Below are positions 25,291 through 38,088 of a DNA stretch of 64,000 bases, one piece after another. Numbering within the stretch: position 1 is the first letter of the stretch; the number at the start of each line of letters is the position of its first letter. The stretch comes from Isurus oxyrinchus (lineage: Eukaryota): assembly GCA_026770705.1 (NCBI GenBank), contig JANJGN010000013.1, positions 41,168,001 through 41,232,000 on the forward strand, given 5' to 3'. Below the pieces are notes generated by a model. It worked only from the letters and a program-made list of their open reading frames with translations, was not told the DNA's origin and searched no databases. A program made the translations under genes and the position numbers.

Positions 25291-28200
25291 CTCCAGGTAG
25301 CCCTTCTATAGCTGCCCTTGATATCCCCAAAGGCTTGTAATGTGTGAAGGAGTTTGGCAGAGGAGCATTTTGTCACAGAACATTGAACAAAACAAAGGCA
25401 AACACACACGTTTTAATTTCACAGCACAGAAGCCTGTCAAATCAAAGACGAACTGAACAGATAACACAAAGGCCCCACCACCCTCGAAGGTAACAATGTA
25501 GCACGTACGTTTTCGAAGGTTTACATGAATTAGTGAAATAGGTTTTGCTTTTGCACTACCACAACATATATGGCATTGTAACAGCATCAGTAAGTGGCTA
25601 GGATACCAAGCGGCAGTAACATTAATAAGTAACAAATACCCAATAGTAAACCTTTCTCAATATACATGTATTTTCCCACAGTTGGTATTTTGGCTCTAAC
25701 AGATACAGCTTTGGAGACCTTCAGCGATGTTAGACATCATCTGAATCTGATGCGTCTGATTAGGCTATTGAAGACTGCATTTTACGTCATGTACTTCTTT
25801 ATAATTTAATACATCACAGCACAGAGTTCTCATCGGAAACAAAAAGGCAAATGCGAGACTTTATTTGTTTTCACGATTTTTGTTAATGGGGAATGCCTAT
25901 GAAAGTAGAGGCACATTTTAAAAGCTAAATAAAACCAGAGGACAATGTTTTTGTTAAATATGAAACACCCTCTATTTTGGAATTGTCTAAAAAATCTGCA
26001 TATTTGAAAGTAAGCAATAAAATAAGTAGGTGTTTTTGTTAAATGGGTCTAATCCTGTCACAATAGTTTCTGTCAAAATAAAAGTGCCAAGTAAAGTAAT
26101 TGGTTGCAGATAAAGCACTCTGCATTGCTGCTAGAAATTTAATCTAAATTTAATTGAAAATAAACATGTAACTAAACAAAAGAAGGGAATGAGCAATAAT
26201 TATTAAGTCACATTACAGAGACTCGTCAGGCTAATGTTGCCTAAGAACAACGCAGCACAACCCTATTGTGTTTGCCAATGATAATTTGAAAGCTTCATTG
26301 GCCATCACATGTTGTTCACCCCCCTATAACGGGGGTGCGTACACGAAAATGACGCGGCATCAGGATTGGCGCTGAAAGTGAAGCAGTCACGCGAGAAAAA
26401 TGAGAAGAGTCATGTCACTGAACAGGAACCTGGCACCAGACCCACAGAAACCCTGAGCACTGGTCTTCTGCGGGAAAACTGCAAGGAGACGGGAATCGTC
26501 TGTTAACAACCAGTACGATGCCGTTGCTTCTTTCTGTACGTTCACAATGCCCTAAGCTCTTTACTTTTAGATTAGCCCACCAATTTATATCATTAAATTC
26601 TTTCCCGATGTTTAAAATCTCTTTCTGAAATATTTTGCTCAGTGACTTTAGCTCACTGAACTGGTGCAAACATTATTTGTTTTAAAATCGGAGACCTATT
26701 TGTATGCATTATACAGAATTAATTAATATCCAAACGCTTTAGGAACTCTCTAGAGCATAACTACCAAACCAGCTTTTAAAATGCAATAAATCGTCATCAA
26801 AATAAGTTTAGAAATTTCCCAGCATGAATGATCTATGATCCATTTATCCAAATTTTCTCATTGGATATAAAACAAAACTGATCTTCTCCCGCCATATAAC
26901 GGGCAATAAATAGCCAAGAGGCAAGGCCGTTAACTATTGTCTAACGATAGGGAGATTATAACCAGCACACCCCCGAGTGCCTTGGGCGTTGACTGCATTA
27001 TGAGGAGTTTACCTCGACATCAGCATCGCCAAGGCTCAGAATCAGAATTTGTCACGAAGAAAACCTAATAAATGTCAAGTACTCGGAAATTAAAATGATC
27101 ATGGCTTTTGGTTAACATGTTTTTATTTGTTAATCCTGTTAGAGCGCTGGTGAATGATCAGTCCATTGAAATAGTCACACTTGTCCATGAAACAGCCATC
27201 TGTCATTAAAGAGTGTGGGACATGAATCTAGGCCTGAACACCAGTTCCATTTAAGTTCTCAGTGGCCGACGTGAACTGCGCTGTTTTGTTTCACGAGTAG
27301 CGAAAATTTGTAGCCATATTGGTATAAACTTGGACACGGCTGGTGTAATCTCCTCAATAACCACAATATCGTTGTTATAAATAAACTAGTCCGTAGTTAT
27401 CATGTTATTTGTAGAGAAGTAATATACTTTTGACCTGTAGTAAATTTCCAGTCAAATTTCCCATAGAAAACTTCGATCCAGCCAAGCAAAGTTAACAGTA
27501 ATTTTCACGTTGGAGCTCACGAAAAGCCACCCCCTTCTCCGCATTCACAGCAAAACCAGAGATCAGTGTGGTGGTATTTCTTCCATATTTTGGATCACAT
27601 AGAATCGCTGTAATTTGGTGTGCACTTCCTATGCTAATTAGACATTAAGATGTTAGTTTTTTCCCCACACCAGGCTCGGCGAATTAATATAAAATGTGTT
27701 AATTGGCACCAATAGGTGTGATTGTCATTTATTTGGAATTTGCAATGAAAGTTGCTTATAAAGATTAAGGCCTCAGTGTCCATCGTGCCAAGTGACCTCC
27801 AGGAGCATTTCTAAGGCTGTGTGTTTCAGCACTGTGAACTGTTCAACGGCGCATTAAAATACAAACAATACCAAATATTTACATGATATATTTATGTAAA
27901 TAGCTTCTGTGATTACTCGTAACCAAACACATGCAAAAGCGAATAGAGCGTTTTTGTCGTAAATTTAGCTTAATAAGATGAAAAATCTAAACGTTGAAAT
28001 AGTAAAATATGCCTTAATTAATCTTTTTTTCCTGTCTTGCTATTATATTTTGTACAATATAGCACATTATGTGAAAATGTATGACCCGTTTTCAGTACAT
28101 GCGAACGTGTTAAAAAATTTACATTTTTAATACAAAATGGGAAAGCTTACCCACTGCCCTTTAGCAAAATGGAATTAAACATACAATTATAATTTTAACA

Positions 28201-31109
28201 AGTATCACCTTGTAAAACTAAATATAACATATGCTGGGTTCACTATTTTAATGTGAGACGATTGCTGATGGTGTTGTACTGTATTCCAGTCGTGTGTGAA
28301 TCAGTGTCTGACTGGAATTTGCTTTTATTTCCAATATCATGTTTGTGCTTTTGAGTTGCCTATGCATAAACCAACCCCATCAAGCCGTTAATCTGCCAAT
28401 GTCTCTATATGGATCAATTTACGATTAATATGTGTAGAAACTATCCTATATTATTTAAAAATACTAATTTACGTGTATACTTATGTTTCTTTTCTGGTTT
28501 AATGAGACAACATTGGGAATGATGGAATAATGCCAGTACATTGTAAAGATAAAGGTAAACTAATCACTGTGTATATGTGCAAATACAAATGAAGTGACGA
28601 CTTCATCCCAGTTCGTGTTCTTTCCATGTATCTAAAAATAAAATGAGTATTATTGTGGAATAGTTTCTACATCATGTAATGCAAAAACTAATCATCTGTG
28701 CATAATTCAGCAACAACGAGCCTTCCATACTGCGTAATATTACTTAATAGCACCCCAATTAGCATTCTACTTACAATGCATTCCCCCTGAAAATTCTCAA
28801 CTACTCCTTTAACCACCACTATTCGTTGGTCCACATTTTCAACATGGAAAACCAAACGAAGGCAGTGATGTACAATGCAGATTAATACGCTTTCTGTATA
28901 GTTGCGTGCCATCTTAAAATGTCATTCACCATACATTTACGATCTTTCTTTGATTAGCATATACTATTGTCTTGGGATATAAAGATAACACTCTAATTGT
29001 AAAATAGTCAGCCCTGAAGAAAAGGAGACTTTGTCTACCAAGTCACACGAAGGCCTATATATGTGCACCAGTTGTCCCTCTGAACACGCCCGAGAGTGTG
29101 GATGATGTGGGCTGACCGTTAATAATATAGTGCACAGAAGGACAGGTAATCATCCCTTTCTTTTAAACTCAGACACGTCAGTCAGACATAAACCTTGCTC
29201 TATGATGCGTGCGCGCGTGCACCACACCCCCCACCCAATATCTCAAAAATACACACACATACATACACACATATACACAATCTGCCGCACATAATACAGA
29301 CGCACACAGATCGCAAACATAAAGGCAGGCGCAGAATACTTGCAATCTCCCACTCTCGCACAACCCAGTAAAATCAAGTTCATTTTAAGCTTAATTGCGT
29401 ATTTCGAGCCTAAGTCATATTAAAGTAACATAATTTGCAATTTAATCAAATTATTCCTTAACAAGAGATATTAAATAGGCAGTACTGGATGGCCAACACA
29501 CACACAATTAAACAAAAACATGCGGTTGTAATGTAACATTTCTAAAGTATTCAGTGTGACTGAAATTCTAACACGTTGCTGCCCATTAGCGTTACAATTG
29601 TTTGGGATTAAAATTATTGTGCGGTACTTATTTGCAAGTACTGTACCTCCCTTTCTGCGAGGTTTCCATTTTTAAAAACATCGCTGCTGTGATGCATAGC
29701 CTCAATTTTGTCCCCATTTCCACATTTTGTAAATTAAATATGCATTCTGCTCATGTACTGTGTTTGTCATTAACAATACTTGACTGCTCTGGCTTGCATC
29801 AGCACTTTGCTTTCACCTATGCAAATTCCACTTATGACTAGTGCTGCATTTTTTGACTGAAGCACTGACCCATAACAGAGTGAATACCAAAGGAGTCGAT
29901 CTTGTTTAACCACGGAATCTCAACAGCCAGCAACGCTATCATCAACAGTACAAATTATTAAACAGCCGATTTTGACCTTGTGCGGATTTTACCTGAAATC
30001 GGCTTTCATTAATAACATATTTAGTTAGATTGTCAAAGTACGCCTCCGGGTTTTTTTTAAATGAATACGTGTATACCGAAGTTTTTATGCTGGATATGTT
30101 GGATATGATGAATTAGTTTTATGATGGAAAAAAATATTATTTAAAATAGACGGTAGAACTGGCACTTAATTGTGCCCATATACATACCTATATTTGTTAA
30201 CAGATCACTAAATACTTTACTGACCGTATGCAATATCAGGAAAACCTGAAGAAGTACAGATTGCTGGCAATAATTATATGTATCTCATTCCTCTGACTCC
30301 AGTGACAAAATTTATTATGTGGTTCTGTAACAAATCATAGATGACACTAAATCAAACATATATCTTAAACTACTTTTGTCAATTTAATTATATATTAAAA
30401 TACCACCAGGACAGAAACAAAGAGGAAAATCACTTTGGGCCACATAATCAGTACATCAAGTTGCTATGATGAGTTAAACTGCATCACTTATTGCTATTTT
30501 CTAACATTTACAGAGATTACACTGTATAATCAAGGGTTTGATTGAATGGCCTTTTAAATAGTTTTCTTTTGGTCTAAATCCCAGTAATGTATCATTATTA
30601 ATCTAACAGTACTTTCAAACGCAACAAAATCAAGATAATGCGTAAGTTGTTGTATATGATGAGTTGTTTGTGGTTTTTTCAACGCAATTCTATATTTTTT
30701 TTTACTAAGGGTTGCAATTCCTAAATAAAGCTGATCAGGGTAACTATGGAAAAGTGGTTTAAACTTTCATAATGCAATTTGATCAATATTATGCATTCTA
30801 ATAATTCAAGATTCTACTACTTTAGATATATTGAAACTTTTAATAATTTCAATACCAGCAATGTTACTGTCCCTTTTATTAGGTTAGACTGTTTTATCAA
30901 TTATCATTTTCCAATCTTTAACTCTGAAAAAAAGAAGCACGATCTCTATTGATTCTTTGTGTTTGGCAGTCTTGGGATAATCTGTTTTGTACTTATGTAA
31001 TGTAGTTTCAGGTACACAATGAAGTGTAAAATTATTGCATAATTCACTATAGCAACAGTATAGCTGCACTAAAGCTATGCCAAACTTTTTTCAAGAAGAT
31101 GAAGTGATG

Positions 31110-31373
31110 ACAGAGATGAGGAGAATTTTTTTCTCACTAGGGTTGTGTGACTTTGGAACTCTGCCTCAGAAGGCTGTGGAAGATGGGTAATTGAATATCT
31201 TTAAGTTGGACGTAGATAAATTCTTGTTAGGCAGGGGAATCAAAGGTTATTGGAGGTAGATGGGAATGTGGAATTAGAAATACAAACAGATCAGCCATGA
31301 TCTTATTGAATGGCAGAGCAGGCTCAAGGGGCTGAATGGCCTACAACTGCTCCTATTTCATATGTTCATGTGT
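31110..31373 (+). mobile_element. CR1-clade LINE 3' fragment
   Basis: ACAGAGATGAGGAGAATTTTTT...GATCAGCCATGATCTTATTGAATGGCAGAGCAGGCTCAAGGGGCTGAATGGCCTAC...CTCCTATTTCATATG, homologous to the 3' end of the RT-bearing copy at 62.4-63.2 kb. Confidence 0.8.
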
Positions 31374-33067
31374 AAGCCATCTCAAACTTGCACCATCTGC
31401 AGTAAAACTCAAATCCAGTGTGAAGCCTCATTTTAAATATGTCTAGATGGCCCAATAGACTGCTTAGAAACTTTCAAAACTTAATGCGGAATCTTTTTAA
31501 TGTTACCGAAGAACAGGTGCTTCCATGCACACATTTTCTAACTAGCTGTTGGTAACTCAAACAGATTGTAAAGCACATATGAGGGTGCAAACAGATTATT
31601 ATTGAAGCTGTACCTCACATCCAGTCACACTGAGATCAAACTATGGTATAACAAGACATTTATACTTGAACTAGCCATCTAATCTGTAGAACATGAGGCA
31701 GAGTTAGAAAAGTAGAGTTATACCACTGACAGCATGTTGCACTGAGATCAGAGACAAAGGAGATTTTGGTATGCATGTTGCAGTGGTCCCTGGGCAGTTA
31801 ATTTTAATGTTAGGTGAACACAGGTGGCAGAGTCCACTTCTCCTCTCATTAAAAACATCAAAACGGAAATGGGATCACCTGGATAATTTTTGAAAATGCA
31901 GATTTGTGCTTGCTGGAGTTATACTGCATCATGTGTAAACTCAGATTAGTGTGAAATGGTCACTTGGCAAGGATTAACCATCATTTGACATTACTGCACT
32001 TATGAATCTGATCAGGGCCTGATTGCCAAGTCATATTGCCAACCTTGTAGGTTTATGGATCTCAAATCACATTGCATCAATGTTAAGATGGCAGCATAAC
32101 TGCATTATTTGCCTTTGAATCGATGTTGCCGGTAATGTAAGTTATGAAATATTTGAATCGTTTTTCAACTTACCATCTGGGCATAAAAATGACATTCGGA
32201 ATGGAAATAAAAATCAGGCAATCTGTGCAATTGCTGGACCAATTGCAATGCCAGTTTTATGTCTAATTGGCAAGTTAAAATCTGCCCCAATATTTGAATT
32301 AGTATCACACATGATCTGTAATGGAACCACACTGTAAAAGATAGAACCAGGTTTGGAATACATCTTTGATAGCTGCTGTAGAACTGAGAAAGCTCACTGC
32401 TAAAATCTCCCTTTTAATATGCCAGCTTGTCTTTCTGTTTGTATTTTCTCAATCGTGTGATCTTCCCAAGTGTTATCATAAAATTTAGAAATTGATTTTC
32501 TTAATATGTGGTTGCAAAATAATGTTTCAATATCTCTCTTTCCAATGGAAACTCTTCTGTATATCTCCAGTTCAATGTGATCTTCTACTGGCTATGTGGG
32601 ATTTACTCAGATGCTGATTGGGTGTTCACTTTTGCTTTGGTGTACCTATGTTTGGACAACAGTGTTTCAATTTAGTATTTGTGATATTACTTCCTGAGAA
32701 GATGCTACATTCTAAGATTATATGTGAAAATAATAGTCACATCTGGTTGGATTTTTACTTCAATCAATGCCGGAGCACTAATGCATCAGTCATCAAGGTG
32801 TCAAATCAAAATTATGCTTATGGTGCTGTGAGTAGAAGTAGACTTGAGTGTTAAGGCAGTCAGATCATATTATTGACCTTGGTTAAAAAGGCCTACTGAA
32901 AGTTTCCACAGGAAATGAAAATATTCAAGAAATTTGTGCCAAATTTAAAAGCTAATGAACTTAAAAAAATAAACTAAACAAACTGTCACTGTAAGTCAGT
33001 AAAATTAATTGAATTACAAGCTGGGACTGTCAGTAATTAAGCTGAGGACAGTCCCTTGCATCTTCTA

Positions 33068-33298
33068 CAAGAAGCAAAATACTGTAGATGCTGGAAATCT
33101 TGAAAGAAAAAAAAGCGCAGAAAATTCTGGAAATACTCAGCAAATCTGACAGCATCTGTGGACAGAGCAGAAGAGTTAACATTTCAGATTGATGACCTTT
33201 CATCAGAAGAGGTCATCGATCTGAAATGTTAACTTTGTTTCTTTCCCCACAGATACCGCCAGACATGCAGAGTTTTCCACCATTTTCTGTTTTTATTC
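33068..33298. mobile_element. Palindromic Penelope-like repeat, copy 3 (most complete, with hammerhead-like core)
   Basis: Long inverted repeat centred on 33199-33209; 24-bp inner arms with 1 mismatch; CTGATGA...GAAA on the - strand. Confidence 0.7.
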
Positions 33299-33574
33299 CT
33301 TTGGTCTTTTGTCTGTCTAGGCCTGCTTTTTAAAAGTAAAATCATCCTCATATTAAATTATCTACATTCCAAATTCAGTAAACTTAATTTCAATAATTTG
33401 GGTTAGAGTTTCCCCATCAGTTTCCATTGTTAATATATTCACATGGTCAACCTTTTGAAATTCTTATTGCACAGAAGCTTGCAATGCCTAACACTCAATT
33501 TGCTTCAAAATGGACTGACAAGTCTGCACCAGGTATACTTGAGTAAGTAATACTTTGGGGTATTTTTAATGTCG

Positions 33575-33705
33575 TGCAATTGGTTGTCGTGTTTCCCCAC
33601 ATTACAATATTAACTATGATTCAAAGATTCTTTATTGGCTGTGAAGTGTTTTGGGATGTCACAAGGGCATGAAACACAGTATATAAATCAGGCTGTTTCT
33701 TTCTT
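33575..33705 (+). mobile_element. SINE/L2-type 3' tail fragment
   Basis: ATTGGCTGTGAAGTGTTTTGGGATGTC...TGAAA...TATATAAAT, similar to 49915-50010. Confidence 0.55.
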
Positions 33706-36700
33706 GATGACTCGTTTGACTAAATGTACTAGCTAAACTGTTGTTGAGCAATAAAAATAATTATTAGTAGGAACAAAAAACTGACAGACGCAAATAGTTT
33801 AGAAAACTAGCCAGACTTTAACTGAAAATGGTGTAAAAGAATAATTTTAAATTCATCCTTTACCCCCAAAGCATGTAGCCAAGATACACTGATATCTCTA
33901 ACTTATTTGGAAAAAGCGTCAAGTGCTGAAATATTTTCCCTGAGGAAAAATTAATCTTTAAAAATTCAAACTGAAGTTGGTGTGCTAAGAATTCTAAATG
34001 GGTCTGGTTCAATATATTTTATTTTAATAGTGTAATGTCACGGGTTTCTTATATTTCAGCTTTCATGCTCTCCTCAGTTCCACGCCACAGTTGGTAGGAA
34101 TTGCCTTATGTCTCTTCTACTCATTGACTTTATGAATCCATGTTTCAATTCGCAAATACAGCTCCTTATAGGTACAGGCAAAACACTGCAACTAAAACTA
34201 TGCAACAGTTGAGAAAGTAAGTCTATCTTTAGCTTCCATTTTGAAAATAAATGATTGTTGTGTTAAACTATAATCTAATAATACAAAACTATATATAACC
34301 GTAATACATTTCTTTTGAAATGTGTATACTATAAATATGTAATTCAGAATAATGGTATATAAATTATCAGCATGTGTTGATGAAGCCCAATTCACATGTT
34401 TTCAAATGACAATTCACTATCTCTGCAACCCAAATAAATTCCAACTGTGTCATATTTTTATGTTAATGTGAAAATGTTACTATGGTGCTTTATACGTTGA
34501 AATGAAGCTAGAATTGGTAAATTTCATGAATCTCTGTGGACAGCAACATATTAAAACATTTACCCATGTGCAAAATAAATTACAGAAATAGGGTGACAGA
34601 GGCATAAAATGACAGTTGGCATAATGGATCCACAAAATTTACACAGAATAGGAGTACAATGAATCTCGAAGCACATTCAATTGACAGGGTAATTACTTAC
34701 ACCCAGGTCTGTCTTTTACTGTTCAGTGAGTACTCTGTTGTTTTGGCAATAGTATGAGAACCAACACATCCAAGGCTCATTTTTATATTGTGTGCCTTCA
34801 ATTGATGTATAATGCTTGCACTGCACAGCGTACTTCCTGTTTTTCCTTTTAATTTGGGCACATGCTCTTTTCAAACAAAACCAAATTTTAATGAAGCAAA
34901 GATAAGTGCACATAAATTTACACAAAATCAGTCACACATGTGTAATTTGTATAATGAATCTTTAAAAATTCAAACTGAAGTTAGTGAATGTAAGTAAGTG
35001 AACCAATATAATACTTAAATCAATACAAGTGTGTAAACCTTCCAATATTTGGTTTCATCATATTATTGAATTACGGTGTTTCAATTGTGCTATTATGAAC
35101 TTTGCTATGGTGAAGCATTGAATTTAGTACAGGTGGAACTGATGGCAGACGTTAATGGGTTTACTTCATAAACCCTGGAATTAGGCATCTTGGAGACTTG
35201 GTATGGTTGATAGCTTTGTATAACTGTGAATAAAATGAAGTATAGGCAATAATTTTTCCTCAATGGTATTACAAAATATGCTTTTCTGTAATTTTTGCAA
35301 TCTGCTTAGATCAGAGCAGTTATTTGGAAAAAAATATCCAATTTAAAAGAGTGGATATAATAAAGGCCTATAAAATATTCAACATTAATCTCTTATTAAG
35401 TATTAATGGTCTTTTTATTAATCTCTGTTTTCACCAGCAAAGCTAACAGATCAGTTAGCATACAGTAATCAGTTTTAATATTATCATTTCAACAATTTAG
35501 AATAACAGATTATCGACTGAGATGTCATGTTGGGATTGAGGGAGCATTGCAAACACCCAAGTGCATTAAGGTCCTTCCATCATCTCATCAAGTTGCTAAA
35601 ACTACGTTTTGGTCATTCATGCTTTCATAATGCCTCATGTTGGCTGTTAGGATTCGTGAATTTTTCATTTGTAGATTCAAAAGGAAATAGTAACTGCAAC
35701 TTTCTAGGTGATCAATCCTGTGCTCCAAGAGTAACATAACAATGTGGATGCCAAGTGAATGAAGGATGCATTTAAACAGTACTGACTTGTTTGCGCCTCA
35801 AGTTTCTCTCAATGTGTCTCTTTGCCTGTTGTTCATTTTCCCAGGTGCATACCATTCAATCTAAAAAATGCACTAGTCTGCTGGCTTTTGTGTTGGAGGT
35901 AATAAAATTAACTAGACTCCATCCACATATTGCAAACTGCATTAAAGTGAAGGCAATAAGAATGGAAACCAGAAGGAAATTGTGAATATTATTTTTAGAA
36001 ATATAGATGCACCCCGTTTTTAAAGGACCATTTGGTATTAGATTTATAGGAAGATGAATGAAATTGGTACAAAGCTGCTAGGATAACAACAGCATCAGTT
36101 ATGGATCTTGTTCAGATGGTTGCTTTCCATTTAGTATTGAAAGCAATGTGAGCATGATTGAAATGGTGAAGTAACTCTGGCTGGGACAAGGACTTTTTTC
36201 AAGAGTTGACTTTTGTTCTCATTGGTAGTTAATGGGAATACACAAAGCAAAACAACTCACTCATATGGCATTTGTTTTCCAAATCATATTGAGGATAGAT
36301 ATCCCCTTGTGCAGATTTTGGGTGGCTGGCCAGTTCTGGGCCATTACAATATCAGGCAGTCCAGCTGGCCTATGGATCAAAAGAAGATAGGTCTGTGGGG
36401 AGGGCCCTGATATCTTGGGGATGGGAGTTGGAGAGATAGAAGCTCAGGCAGGACCCTGGGGGAACACTCCTGCTTCTCCTCACCCAACCAAAAATAAAGA
36501 AGAGCATACCCTTGACCAGGCAGCCAGTTAATACTGATTAGCCCAAATATGGCAGTTGGGTCCTATGTACATTACAGGATGCCGCTAGGCATTTTAAATG
36601 GGTCTACCATCTGACTTAGGGGTCTGCTCCAGTTGATCAGTGTTAGGCCTGAAGGTACATTGCTGTGACCACAGCAAGGTGGAAATAAGGTCCACTCTTA

Positions 36701-37396
36701 TCAGGGCACTATCATCTGTGCCAGGCGTAAGACCTGAAACATCACTCCATTAATTTTATAATTTGAAAAACGTAAAGATACTTTTGTCTGGTTTCCGTGT
36801 TAATCTTAATTGATAGATTTGTAAAGGGTGCTATATTAGACAAGACAACAGAGAAAGATAGACACTTAACCACTGACATGATCCTACAACAGCCTGCCTG
36901 TCTAGTAAAAATAAGTATATGTGTTTTTAAATCGGGCTAATTAAAATAATTACCATCAAGGTAATGTCAGTACACAATACATTATTGGGAACTTTTCTGA
37001 CCTTCTGGGACGTTCATTTTCCCTGGTTTGGGATTGGTTGATGCATTCACAACCACTGCAGTGCTTTGCCAAGTGTAATCATGGACCAATCCAATGGAAG
37101 TCCATGGTTGCCAATGCCCTCTTAAGGCATGGTACCTGAAGGAGAAGGAGGATTCATTCACATAAATAAGACTTGTATTAAACAGGCTTAAGACTTAGTG
37201 CAAAGAAATTTTACATAAATATGTTAATCTGAGGAAATTAAATCCCCCTCCTGCTGGTGTTGGTTTACACCAGAGTTCTCCCCAGTAGTAAGGATGGTTC
37301 TGAGCATGGTCACCAGCTCTATTACAGAGGCGTCCAATCCTTTTTATCTTCATAGGCTGTGTAAATACATTCTATTGAACCTTGAGGCAACATATA

Positions 37397-38088
37397 TGGC
37401 TGAATTTCCAGGGCCCAGAAGGTAGGACAGAGGCATGGGAGGCCTGAAAATACTGATGCTGGCTGCTTTGTCAGTTGCTGGACTCTGTTCCTGGTGAAAG
37501 CTATTCTGGGGGAGCCAAATTAGAAACCTGGGAAGGCCGCCAACCCCCATAAGGCAGGCAGGCATCTGTCCTCATTAAGAGCCTTGTTAAAGGTACATTT
37601 AGGAGACTCAATCTTCCAGTCAGTGTTCAGTTTCCCGGTGCGAAGGGGAGCAGATCAATTGCCTCGAAACGGGGAACCCAGCAACAGGCCAGTGTGCCAG
37701 TACTCCAGGCAGGCCTACAGGTCCTCCCTGCCTGCATGAGTGGAGGTACAGCCAAAGACCATGCTATAGAGGGACTCCCCTGTAGGAATATGGGTGGGAG
37801 TTCATGCCTCTGAGAGGACACCTTCTTCCTGGGGAGCCCTCCAAGTTACTTACCTTGTACAGCTGCAAAGTGTGTTTCTGAATCTGGAAGGCCTCTCATT
37901 GGCCATCCAGCTTTGAGTGGCTGCTCACTGTCCTTAATTGGACAGGGAACCAGTCTCAATTAATCCCCAGTTAAGGGCTCACTCATGTGAAAATCTGAAC
38001 TTTAATCAGTTTCCCATTGGAGGCAGGTTGCTGAGCTGAAAACAAAACTAGCTCCTTGTTTACTGTCTCCATGGTGAAAATTCAACCT
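37397..38088. mobile_element. Non-autonomous Harbinger-type element (MITE)
   Basis: Ends TGGCTGAATTTCC / GAAAATTCAACCT resemble the TIR of the large Harbinger element; flanked on both sides by ATA (37394-37396 and 38089-38091); GC-richer than its flanks. Confidence 0.55.
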
